This document shows positions 11,442 through 23,512 of a stretch of 64,000 nucleotides of DNA, piece by piece; the first letter of the stretch is position 1, and every line of letters starts with the position of its first letter. The position numbers and the translations under genes were made by a program. Below the pieces are notes generated by a model. The model saw only the letters and a list, made by a program, of their open reading frames with translations, did not search any database and was not told where the DNA came from. The stretch is from Macrostomum lignano (lineage: Eukaryota): contig NIVC01003088.1 in NCBI GenBank assembly GCA_002269645.1, forward strand, positions 1 through 64,000, in the 5' to 3' direction.

Positions 11442-12488
11442 ATGATACTCAACCGGCACAATTTCAACTTGGCTCTGCTGGTGCTCGGCTACTGTCTCAC
11501 CCGCTGCATCGCACCGTCCATGTCGAAGAAGGCCGACAAATTTGGCTTGCTGGAGGATGTGGATCAGGACGCGTGCACGGCAAAGACCGGGCCCTGTCCG
11601 TTCCAAATCTGTCCGGGAGATTTCTTTCGCGCAATCTGCGACCAGTTCTCACTGCTCAAGTCTACGACTCACCCGCTGAAGCTGACCGACCTTCATAACG
11701 ATTCCGTCTGCTGCAAAAACGGCGACTGCTCCGACTTGATCACCAATGCCGACACCGAGGCCGCCTGCTCGGTGACTCAGGAGGAGCTCGTTGACGCCAT
11801 TAAGGATACGTGAGTGTTCAGATGGAGTACTTTGTGTCATTTGTCCTGTCTCTTAGAACCCGTCTAACAGATGCAACCTGTTAGATAATGATGTAGCACA
11901 GATGATGTTTCACAGACCATGTCTAACAGACCCCTGTCCAACAGTTACAGTCCCTATCTAACATCTGCAGTCCCTGTTTAACAGCTGCAGTCCCTGTTTA
12001 ACAGCTTCAGTCCCTATCTAACAGCTACAGTCCTTATTTTACAGCTACAGTACAGTCCCTATCTAACAGCTACAGTCCTTATCTAACAGCTACAGTCCTT
12101 ATCTAACATACAGTCCTTATCCAACAGCTAAAATCCTTATCTAACAGCTACAGTCCTTAATCTAACAGCTACAGACCCTAACAGCTACAGTCCTTAATCT
12201 AACAGCTACAGTCTCTATCTAACATCTACAGCCATATCTAACAGCTAGAGTCTCTATCAAACAGCTACAGACCCATCTAACAGCTACAGACCCTATCTAA
12301 CAGCTACAGACCCTATCTAACAGCTACAGACCCTATCTAACAGCCACAGTCCCGCAACACACTCCAGCACGAACTGTTTCACATCGGCCAACTGTGTCAT
12401 ACAGCACCCAGAGTCGCTGGCTCGTCTAGAAAAGAAAGTTTGCAATCTGACTATGAAGATAGTCAATGGATTCTACTACTGTACTTAG
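11442..12488 (+). CDS. Orphan secreted Cys-rich protein, about 168 aa (exons 11442-11809 and 12350-12488)
   Basis: Hydrophobic N-terminus (NLALLVLGYCLTRCIA). The ORF 'stop' overlaps the donor AC|GTGAGT. The phase-2 acceptor CCACAG at 12349 opens TPATHSSTNCFTSANCVIQHPESLARLEKKVCNLTMKIVNGFYYCT*. This gives 12 Cys after the signal peptide. Confidence 0.65.
11930..12345. repeat. About 20-bp intronic minisatellite CTATCTAACAGCTACAGTCC
   Basis: Visible tandem units inside the predicted intron. Confidence 0.9.
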
Positions 12489-13419
12489 GTAAGGTACAAC
12501 AAGCTCTATGTAAGAGCGAAAAATTCGGTCGTTTAAATCGAACTACTTTTTATTTCAGACTTTCCTTAACCGCCTAGATGCAGTAGCGGTCTAACGCAGA
12601 ATATCTCAGTGTATAACCAAATTATTTTCTTCTTCTTATCTAAGCTGTCGACGCTAAATAATCTATCTGACTAAAGTAGATCAAAGTAATTAAGACTAAG
12701 TAGATAATCGTATTAATATTGCGCTTAAATATTCTCCTTATGCCAGCAATATCACAGATACCCTAAAATATACGTGGCTACAATCAGTGTGTCAGACAGT
12801 CAGAACGCCTGTGTCAATGCTAATAAGTAACTCGTGCTATTTATTAAATTATTTACATTTTTAAATGATGAAGGCGGTGAAATTTCAATTTAATCACAGA
12901 ACTCTTTCAACTGAGCAGCAAAAGCTGAAGTTTCGTTTCTTTTACCGTAATGCAGTCCAAATCTGTTTTGAGTACAAACAAACCGAGCAGGAAATTGAAC
13001 AAATTAAGAAAAAGCTTTGAAAAGATGCTCATTCATTACTCGGTAAAGTATTTAACGAAAACAACTGGCGCTGGTAGGATTCACCTCATTACCAATAGGT
13101 GCGTGAGCTTCAAGTAGAAAACAAAGGAAAGGATGCCAAAACTGTGCAGATTGAAGCAAATTTTTAACGCCATTTATTGGAAAGAAGACCGCAAAACAAA
13201 GGCATACAAGCTAGAAGTTACTATATAGGAACAGAATTATTCATGAAAAAAATAAAATGAGCTGCTGCGAATGTCTCTTTTCTAAGAAATGGAAAAAAAT
13301 TCAAGATGACAAACGCAAAACATGAGACAAACAGTGGCATGCAAAATTGGGTTGGATGGGCATTGGAATTCTGGGTGGATCTGGGATGGTCAAGAGTCGG
13401 GATTCGAGATCGGAAGTTA

Positions 13420-14880
13420 CGATCAGGCATGGGGATTGGGGATGGGGATCAGGGATAGGGATCAGGGATGGGGTTCAGGCATGGAGGTCAGGGATGGAGA
13501 TCAGTGATGGGGATCAGTGATGGGGATCGGGGATTGGGATCAGTGATGGGGATCAGTGATGAGGATTGGGGATGGGGATCAGTGATGGGGATCAGTGATG
13601 GGGATCGGGGATTGGGATCAGTGATGGGGATCAGTGATGAGGATTGGGGATGGGGATCAGTGATGGGGATCAGTGATGGGGATCAAGGATGGGGATCAGT
13701 GATGGGGATCAGTGATGGGAATCAGGCATGGAGGTCAGGGATGGGGATTAGTGATGGGGATCAGGCATGGAGGTCAGGGATGGGGATCAGTGATAGGGAT
13801 CAGTGATGAGAATCAGTGATGGGGATCGGGGATGGGGATCAGTGTTGGGGATCGGGGATTGGGATCAGTGATGGGGATCAGTGATGAGAATCAGTGATAA
13901 GGATCGGGGATGGGGATCAGTGATGGGGATCAGGGATGGGGATCAGTGATGGGGATCAGTGATGGGGATCAGGCATGGAGGTCAGGGATGGGGATTAGTG
14001 ATGGGGATCAGGCATGGAGGTCAGGGATGGGGATCAGTGATGGGGATCAGTGATGAGAATCAGTGATGAGAATCAGTGATGGGGATCGGGGATGGGGATC
14101 AGTGATGGGGATCGGGGATGGGGATCAGTGATGGGGATCCGGGATGGGGATCAATGATGGGGATCGGGGATGGGGATCAGTGATGGGGATTGGGGTTGGG
14201 GATCAGTGATGGGGATTGGGGATCGGGGATGGGGATCAGTGATGGGGATCAGTGATGGGGATCAGTGATGGGGATCGGGGATGGGGATCAGTGATGGGGA
14301 TCAGTGATGGGGATCAGTGATGGGGATCAGTGATGGAGATCAGTGATGGGGATCAGTGATGGGGATCGGGGATGGTGATCAGTGATGGGGATTGGGGATG
14401 GGGATCAGTGATGGGGATCGGGGATGGGGATCAGTGATGGGGATTGGGGATCGGGGATGGGGATCAGTGATGGGATCAGTGATGGGGATCAGTGATGGGG
14501 ATCAGTGATGGGGATCGGGGATGAGGATCAGTGATGGGGATCGGGATGGGGATCAGTGATGGGGATTGGGGATGGGGATCAGTGATGGGGATCGGGGATG
14601 AGGATTAGGGGTAGAGTTCAGGGATGGGGATCGGGGATGGGGATCAGTGATGGGATCAGTGATGGGGATCAGTGATGGGGATCAGTGATGGGGATCGGGG
14701 ATGAGGATCAGTGATGGGGATCGGGGATGGGGATCAGTGATGGGGATTGGGGATGGGGATCAGTGATGGGGATCGGGGATGAGGATTAGGGGTAGAGTTC
14801 AGGGATGGGGATCCAGGATGGAGATCAATGATGAGGATCAGTGATGAAGATCAGTGATGAAGATCAGTGATGGAGATTTT
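13420..14880. repeat. G-rich satellite (GGGGATCAGTGAT / GGGGATC units)
   Basis: About 1.45 kb of 6-13 bp units; explains ORF 13468-13806. Confidence 0.95.
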
Positions 14881-14998
14881 GGTTTGCTGGGCTTTGGGTC
14901 GGAGAGCGATGAATTTGCAGCTTGAATTGAAATTCAAAATTAAGATGCACTGTTTGTTTACCGTCTAGTGAGTCAGGTGAACTAGCAGTCATAGCAAA

Positions 14999-17900
14999 TC
15001 AGTTTAACGATTCGCCCGCGTCTTCTAATCCGAAGACCCCTCCGTCGTCGTCGACAACGCCAACTCCGCCGATGCTGTCGGTTTGACAGGCGGTCAAATT
15101 GTAGCAGACGTCGTTTCCGGGACTAATAATTGCATTATTATGACTATCATCGTTAGCATTATGAAGATTATTGTTATTTTCATCGTTGTTATCGGTGAAA
15201 TCTAATAGCATCGTTGGCGAAGTCTGCGTAGCCATGTTCTCAGCCGATACGAATACGAAATGATGAGTCAGCGGAGGCGGCGGAGGTGGCGGAGGTGGCT
15301 GAAACTGCGGCTGATGCTGCTGCTGGTGGTGATGAACAGCAGGGAAAGCTGGGTGATAGTTATAGTGATGATAGAGCGGAGCAGATGGCACGCCCACGGG
15401 TTCGTACTTCATCAGGCCTGGGACGGTGGCGGCCGGCTCGATCCAGTAAGTGGCCGCTGGCGGTCCCTGCATCGGTGGTGGCGGTGGCGGCGGCGGAGGC
15501 AGCTGCTGCAACGCCGGAGACGCCGCTACCTGGTGTTGGGGAGCAGCAGTGCACTTGCGCATAGGGGCAGAGTACTGAGCATAGGGGAACTGCGAGAGCG
15601 GATGCTGCTGCTGCTGCTGCTGAGTCTGAGTGACTGCGGCAGCGGCGGCCGCGGCTACGGCTGCGTTGAAAGCGGAAATCGAGACGCCCGCAGCGGCTGT
15701 GTAAGATGAAGAAGCTTCGCCTTCCGCTACAGATGACGAGCCATTCTCGTTGTCGCTGTTGTTACATGTACTGGGCAAAGTCTTGCGATGCTGCAGCAGC
15801 TGCTGCTGATGCTGGTGCAGCTGGTCAATGGTGCACAGGTCCACGTCGGCCTTGTGCGTGCGCTTCTCCTTGGCTCGCCGGTTTTTAAACCACACCTTTG
15901 TGTTGGTTGGGTGTGCGAGGCTGTTCGGGACACAGTGCTGCTGCAGCTTATTTAGTACGGATACTAGTACGGATTCTTCCTCGGGGAGGGGCGGATTCTT
16001 CCTGAGGAGTGGCGGATTCTTCCTGGGGGAGGGGCGAATTCTTCCTGAGGAGTGGCGGATTCTTCCTGGGGAGGGGCGGATTCTTCCTGGGGGAGGGGCG
16101 GATTCTTCCTGAGGAGTGGCGGATTCTTCCTGGAGGAGGGGCGGATTCTTCCTGGAGGAAGGACGGATTCTTCATGAGGGAGGGACAGATTCTTAGAAGA
16201 GGGGTGGACTCTTAGGGTAGGTAGGGGCGGATTCTTCCTGGGGAGGGGCGAATTCTTTCTGAGGAGTGGCGGATTCTTCCTGGGGGAGGGGCGGATTCCT
16301 CCTGAGGAGTGGCGGATTCTTCCTGGGGGAGGGGCGAATTCTTCCTGAGGAGTGGCGGATTCTTCCTGGGGGAGGGGCGAATTCTTCCTGGGGGAGGGGC
16401 GGATTCTTCCTGAAGAGTAGCGGATTCTTCCTGGGGGAGGGGCGGATTCCTCCTGAGGAGTGGCGGATTCTTAATGGGGGAGGGCGGATTCTTCCTGGGG
16501 GAGGGGCGGATTCTTCCTGAGGAGTGGCGGATTCTTAATGGGGGAGGGGCGGATTCTTCCTGGGGGAGGGGCGGATTCCTCCTGAGGAGTGGCGGATTCT
16601 TAATGGGGGAGGGGCGGATTCTTCCTGGGGGAGGGGCGGATTCTTCCTGAGGAGTGGCGGATTCTTAATGGGGGAGGGGCGGATTCCTCCTGAGGAGTGG
16701 CGGATTCTTCCTGGGGGAGGGGCGGATTCTTCCTGGGGGAGGGGCGGATTCTTCCTGAGGAGTGGCGGATTCTTAATGGGGGAGGGGCGGATTCCTCCTG
16801 AGGAGTGGCGGATTCTTAATGGGGGAGGGGCGGATTCTTCCTGGGGAGGGGCGGATTCTTCCTGGGGGAGGGGCGGATTCTTCCTGAAGAGTGGCGGATT
16901 CATAGGGTAGGAAGGGGCGGATTCTTCCTGGAGGAAGGACGGATTCTTCATGAGGGAGGGACGGATTCTTAGAAGAGGGGTAGGTAATAGGGGCGGATTC
17001 TTCCTGGGGAGGGGGCGGATTCTTCCTGATGGAGGGGCGGATGCGAATTCCTACGGATACATTAAAAACTGTTTTAAATAGATTTGATCCAGACCAAAGC
17101 ACTGTCAAATTTCATAATACACGCGCGCCCACCAACTTACCAGCACTTTCTTGTAGGGCAATCCGACAAGCCTGCTTAGCTCGTCCACAACGGGATAATC
17201 GGGATATTTCGATTTGACAAAAACTTTCTCCAGCTCAACTTTCTGCTCTTCGGTCAGATTGGTGCGGCATCTTTTCGGCGCCTCAGAGGGCATGAGAGAG
17301 CCGCAGGCATTGCTGGCGTGACTGCCCTCAACATTAGCGGCTAGACTAGAGGGTAAAATCAGCATCTTGCCAGACTCCGTATCCTGCAGATGAAGCGGCA
17401 GATGCTGGCGATGAAGCTGTTGGGGAATCTGCGGAGGCAACTGCGGATGCTGATAGACGCTGTGAGAAGGCAGAATCCTGGGCTGGTGCAGCGGGAAGTA
17501 CTGGCAACCGGACGAGACGGCTGCAGCGGCTGCCCACATGTCCAAGCCGTAGGCAGGGGGAGCCGCATGGAGCACCGGGGGCTCCGGCTTGAGGTCCAAC
17601 GCTGAGCCAGAGTCTGGGATCGTAGTAATTGAAGTAGCTTCATCATCAGCAGCGGCTGTAGCTGTATGGGACTCAAAGATGAAGGATGTGCCAGGTACGC
17701 AGCAGTACGACGATCCGTTAGTGGAATCCTGGCCAGTTTGCTGAGCTGAGTTCAGCTGAGACAGGCCATCGTTGTCGGCATGATCTGCAGGCGGTGGTGA
17801 AGCGGCAAACAGGCTGTCGCCGCAGCATGCAGCGGCAACGGAGACGTCCGGGTCGGATTTTGACGCTATTGTTGACAACGACGCGATGCCAGTTTGGTCA

Positions 17901-18034
17901 GCCGGTCCGGCAGCGGCCTGCAGTAGGAACTTGGCATCGTCGTCGGAGACCACCAGAGCTGCATTATGCTGCTGCTGGTGATGCAGAAGTAATCCGTCCT
18001 CATTCGAAGGCGATGACAGCTTTGCTTCATTCAT
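14999..18034 (-). CDS. Divergent K50 paired-class homeobox protein (goosecoid-like), about 596 aa (exons 18034-17141 and 15895-14999)
   Basis: Spliced homeodomain PKRCRTNLTEEQKVELEKVFVKSKYPDYPVVDELSRLVGLPYKKVL|VWFKNRRAKEKR. Phase-0 GTAAGT...AAAG intron between homeodomain positions 46 and 47, typical of the PRD class. K50 present. Poly-A, P, Q and H tracts. Confidence 0.85.
15965..17040. repeat. About 20-22 bp intronic minisatellite GGGGAGGGGCGGATTCTTCCT
   Basis: Tandem units filling the homeobox intron; explains several spurious ORFs. Confidence 0.95.
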
Positions 18035-19443
18035 AGCTGTCGATTTTAATGCCTGTTTTAGCCTACAACTAAGGCTTGGGTTTAAGCTTGGCAGAATATT
18101 TTAGATAAGACTCAGACTGTTGACGCGAGATTCTCAGCTCACAGCGCTTAGACTTCTAGAACTTTAACACTAACTAAAGGATGGAGGGAGAGGGCTAATA
18201 CGCAGTCACCTATAGTCGCTTTAATTATTGGCTATAGAGCAAGGCGGGCGGCAGGCGGAGCGACAACCACCCCACTTTTTTCTACCCCCTCCCAATGTGC
18301 TTAATCGGCCAAGCTTGTGTACAGCTGTGTGATAAGGGTTTAGGCCTGGGGGTTAGCCGGTTTTATGGGGTGGGGGTTGGCTCACGCCTGGCCTAAATTG
18401 ATAAAAACATGCGGCGGCAAGATCAGTCAATGAAATGGCCGCGAATTGTCTATTTTTGGAAACTAATGAAACAGCAAAACCAGACAAGCTGATAACGAAA
18501 ATCAGTGAGCTACATTTCACACCCTTATTGTATTCTAAAATACTTGAAAACAAAGACTACTTACTTGTATACATGTAGCTAGGATTTTTAAACTTCTGCG
18601 CCGCTAATCATCTCAATGATCTGCCATGGGTCCACGACATCTGACCGCGACAGCCGTTGGACTGCCTGCCAACCGTTCGTTTGACTGTCATCACTCATCA
18701 GTTGACTGCCAACCATTATTTGACCACATGCCAGCCATTTGAATGCCAGTATGCCACTAATCAAATACATGTACCTGATTGACTTCTTGCATGCGTTACA
18801 CTACACCTAGCTTACACGACGGATTTTTCACTCACAAGCCTATCATGCGTACACGTTACAGATACATGTCATGCAAATGATCGCTTATTGGTCAAAACTC
18901 AAAACATGGCAGTCAGATTTCTGGCTCCCTCTGATTATGACGACATAATCGATAGTACGCAAAAGCTAATATTTAAAAGACAGGAAATTGTTCGATAAAA
19001 AGTGTAGCATGTGGCACTGCACTGTGTACTATTCACTATCACTATGTACAAAATTTGAAGGCTCTAATGGAATTAGGCCATATAATTATCACACGAGTGA
19101 TGCTAAAAATTAAGCGACGAAAAAACAAATCATATGAGATTTCAGGAAAAAAGAAGTCGTTTTTACAAGGAGAGGCAATTGAGACCAAGACATGGTAAAT
19201 GTACATAGTTGAAATGCAAGACAATCGAGTGTAGCCGAATCTTAAAATAATGGACATGTAATAAATTAAATTCAGTCATGTATGATGGGTTTCGACCTTC
19301 GCGCCCCTTGTTAGGGAAGCCTTCGGGCCTCAGGCTCAGAAACAAATCACTTAGAGTCCTGGCCCCCCACTCCTGTCAGATGGTCAGCCCCATGGTAGCT
19401 TGATCGTGTGGCGAGCAGTCTAGGTCCTATAGCTAAGAGAGGG

Positions 19444-19549
19444 ACAGCGAGAGACAAGCAGGGAGAATTTTGAAGGTAGAAATTAGCTAATTCGCTAACA
19501 GCGAGAGACAAGCAGGGAGAATTTTGAAGGTAGAAATTAGCTAATTCGC
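19444..19549. repeat. Perfect 52-bp direct duplication (54-bp period)
   Basis: ACAGCGAGAGACAAGCAGGGAGAATTTTGAAGGTAGAAATTAGCTAATTCGC at 19444 and 19498. Confidence 0.9.
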
Positions 19550-20649
19550 AGACTAAGCTAACTCGCTGCCACCAGCCCGTACGTCCTGGCTCACCACACC
19601 GGGGCTCTCGAAATCGGGCTTCCGACTAGAAGGGGCTTTGCACTTACCTGCCAACTAGTGTCTTTTTGCTGTCTATCTCGAAGTCATAGCCGATGATAAG
19701 GGACACTGCTGGGACTAGATCGCATTGGCCATGCAGGTACAGAGGGGACTTGTGCAGGGGATTCTTGCAGTGGCGAGTCTATGGGGTAGCTGCATGTACT
19801 ATTACATTGCTAAATACGAAGATATGTACTTTTGGCCTTCAACGCGCCAACTGCCTCTCATAGCGCTGATGATAGACTAACTCGAACCTCAGAGACCGCA
19901 TTATTCATTACCCGAGCCGCTTGGCTAACATAGAGTGCACAAAGTACATCTCTGGCGCCGATTCTGCACTTCTGGCAGTTTTGCTCACTGATTTGATTGA
20001 TAGATCGACTGAGAACCGCCTTGCCATTGGTCCACTGTGACCGGCGCCTACTAGCTTAGCTACTCATCTGAGCCATCGGCGAACAAAGAAATAAAACCGA
20101 TAAAAATAACTGTCAGATTTAACCTTCTCCTTAGATCATTTCACACTTCAGATCGAATTGGAGTTTCAGACTACTAGCAGTATTATTAAGTGATTTCTGC
20201 CTCAGTAACAGCACTGCTGAACAAAATGAGCAAAAGTGTGCGCCTAATCCAGCTACTGAAATAGGGGACAGATAGGGAATCACCCAATCAAGCAAGTCTA
20301 GGTAGCCTCTCACCCAACCAATCAGAAACTCAACAGCCGGAGACCAGGTAATCCACAGTGACCGAATCGGCTTGATGCTCTGTAGCTGTAGACTCGGGAT
20401 GATGCTGACACAATCTTTGCTGATAGCTAGCAGGTGATGATCTTCGCTTGATGTTCGCTGCTGACGACCGGGGGATTCGTCCTTGATGATGATGGGGGGA
20501 AGTCGCAATCCGGGGATCAAGAAACGACGGTCACGATCCGGGATGTCTCAAGCTAGGCTAAGGTCCCAGGAGGTTGAGGTCCGAGCGGGCCAAAAACACC
20601 GGTTTAAATAGCCGCCAACTGGACCGCAGTTTGTTATAATGGAACACGT

Positions 20650-20780
20650 CGATTCTGATTGGCTGAGCCGTTTTGTTAAAATGAGCGCCGAATTTTCTGA
20701 TTGGCTAAGCTTGTTGCCACCCAGAATCACGTGACCGAGAGATCCTATCAGTTCCCACAGAGTCGTAAAAAGATGGCAGG
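20650..20780. promoter_or_regulatory. Promoter-like motif cluster (two inverted CCAAT boxes, CACGTG, YY1-like AAGATGGC); target transcript unclear
   Basis: GATTGG at 20657 and 20699, CACGTG at 20728, AAGATGGC at 20770. Confidence 0.3.
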
Positions 20781-21876
20781 TGCGGCCATAAATCAATCAA
20801 AATCGCAACAAAATGATTTATGACTTTTCGCGTAGGATTGACAGAAATTAATGAAAAAATATACACTAGAAAGCTCTCATTAAATAGAAAGTGAAGATAA
20901 TGAAGAGAAATCGCTAATCGCTAATCCCAAAGTACTTTTAGGGGTAAAACGCATAGCTGTCAAAGCTGTCACACGCTTGAGTGAACACGAACAATAGGCT
21001 CCGACCTCATAAATCTTGATGGCCTGTCAAAATGATGAGAAAAAAGCTACCGCCCGCATCCTCTCAGACCATCTGGCGCCCGTCTCAACACTGAATGAGG
21101 CGCAGGTGGCTGTCAGACCAACTTCGGAAGCGATGATTTATGACCCAAAAAGCTAGGCCTATGTTATTATGACTACTATGACCCGACATTATATCTAGTA
21201 TAGATTCTATGACTATTCGCAGAAAAAGGATAAAAATGCTCCTTGCCCACTGTTAGTAGGCAAGTAAGTTTAGAGCCCATGTGCTAGCGCGGGATTTGGG
21301 AAAAAGTGCGTCCTCATCATGTACATGATGTACATGTTGAATTCTTTGCTTTGTCCCCCCACCATAAATCCATGGCGACGCCCCTGCCAGTTGGTTAAAA
21401 ATTTAAACATTAGCTAGACGCGATCCCTTAGTTTTTCTTTATTAATAGCCATTATTTTCTATTGTATCGTGGTCATGAAGCGCAGCCAGCTTTATAGTCA
21501 TAAATGTGGTGCGTGACAGTAAATGTTAACATACTTAAATACCTATAGGCCTCGTATCAAGAACAAGAAAAGATGACTCTATTTCATGGATCCTACTAAT
21601 TGGTTATGGTGAAGCAGTGAATGAGTTTTTTAAAATCTTGGCGGACTTTTTACCTACAGCTATATGAAACCCATTTTAACGGATTCGGGCGTACGAATTG
21701 TTTTCGCAGTAGAACAAAGCAAATTGGTTGATTGCAAATTTTTAGGTAAAAAAGACAGAAAACTACAAAAATCTTTTTAAATTTGCTGAAATTTTAAGCT
21801 TATGCTGTAAAACTTTAAAATAGCCATATTAAAATATAATTCCCGTGTTGCTCAAACTTTATTAGAAAACATAGTT

Positions 21877-22443
21877 TGTAAAGAAAGTTGTTTCGTTGGG
21901 TCTATTTTGAATTTTTCCTAATTGACTGGGCTCGTGTGCATATTGCTATATTAGGATATAGAGTTAGAAATTAGGTGGTCGCCAATTATTTTTCCCAAAA
22001 AATAATAAAAGTCAATAACAAATATTGGCTATAGCAATTGAGTAATTTGAGTTAAGTAGTTCAACAATTAATTAATACCCTGAGCGAGCACTGGGACAAC
22101 TGACTGTAACTGTGGTGTGGACCGTGTGGTGGCTACTCACTGGGAGATAGTTGGAATGTAAATAATGACAAAGACCTAATGAAGTGTAATTGGAAGAACC
22201 TAAGGCTGAGACTCTAATACTGAAACTACGGTGCAAATGAAAGCTGTTATCTCAAGGATGCTAAGCTACGCTAACTCACGACCCAGCAGTCCAAATCCAA
22301 GTTGCCCGTCAACCATCCCAGCGCGACGCTCTTTCTAATTTAAATATATTTCGTATAAATTAAAGATTAACAAAATAACGTACGAATTATACTACTACAA
22401 TTGCAATAATCAATATTTAAAATCGACTTATAATTTCATTACA
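21877..22443 (-). repeat. 3' LTR (567 bp)
   Basis: By eye it differs from the 5' LTR only by a 2-bp indel and one substitution near 21935. Confidence 0.95.
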
Positions 22444-23512
22444 AATGCCCTCCTTGCGAAAAATAAGCCAATGTCCTCATTGGACTACTGCAATACAGTA
22501 AGAGCATACATTAACCGCATTATAGGGAAATGTTACGGATTTAATGGGAAAAAGACAACAGACTACGGAACAGCAACAATGTCAACAGCACATTCCTAAC
22601 CCGAAGACAAACACAAAAATATGCGCTTGGGAAAATGCAACTGCGACACACCAGCACAGAAAGCGAAACAAATGCGCTCTTAAGTTGTACACCACGACCA
22701 AGAAATGGCGGGGAAACATTGAGACAACGAAGCTTCAAACCGCGGAGCAAACCAACAGGGAAACGTGACAGGGAGAACACAGACTTGCGACTCCTGCACA
22801 TGCACCTGCGGTAGCAGCTCACCTCCGCAACACAACCAAAGGAAATGCTTTAAATGTAACGGTGCATACATTAAGAAGTACATCTAACATGAACGAGTAC
22901 TCTAAACTTTACTACAATACATACAAGTCTGTAAATTACATATAACGAAAATAGTAAACGAAATCAATTGTCAACTGAACAAAATCGAGATTTACGAACG
23001 ACATTTACGATCATATTGAAAAAATAAATGACACAGCACATAACCGAGAACATTTTCTGAACTTAGCACAAAATCGAACAATAATAGGTTTTATGAACGA
23101 AAGGACAACGCGCGACAGATATTGGAAAAGAGAAACAGTGCATTGATTGGGGTTAAAATATTTCAAACGAATATATTTAACTAGACGACAACACGAACAT
23201 GAGCAATGCTATCGAAAATGGTATTTGTTTGAGGTGATAAAACAAGAGCAAATCTACGCAGCAACGCTCAGTCAATAATCAAACACTAATCATGCAGTAT
23301 TTGAAACGAGTTAATAAGAAATCAAGCAACGAAGTTCGAACCTGGAACGAAACTAGGTTAATTATTAGCAATGGGACATTAATACATATAAATCTGACCT
23401 AATTGACTAGATAATCTTTAACCTAAAAAAACTCTAACTGACAATATTTCTAAATGCTATTAGTTGTTATGATTGTTTTAAGTGGCTCTTCTTTTGGACG
23501 ACTTTACGACAC

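Noticed and set aside
11442-11813. Insulin-like peptide call
   Set aside because: Cys spacing deviates from B-chain C-x11-C and A-chain CC-x3-C-x8-C, there is no dibasic C-peptide, and a probable second exon adds four more Cys.
19860-19895. Hammerhead core CTGATGA...GAA
   Set aside because: No stem II and no GAAA; flanking stems cannot be drawn.
19279-20145. Possible solo LTR (TGT...ACA with AATAAA near the end)
   Set aside because: No matching TSD and no second copy in the window.
20131-20520. 129-aa minus-strand ORF downstream of the promoter-like cluster
   Set aside because: No recognisable domain, signal or splice support.
21365-21386. TIR-like end (reverse complement CAGGGGCGTCGCCATGG)
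   Set aside because: No partner inverted repeat found in the window.
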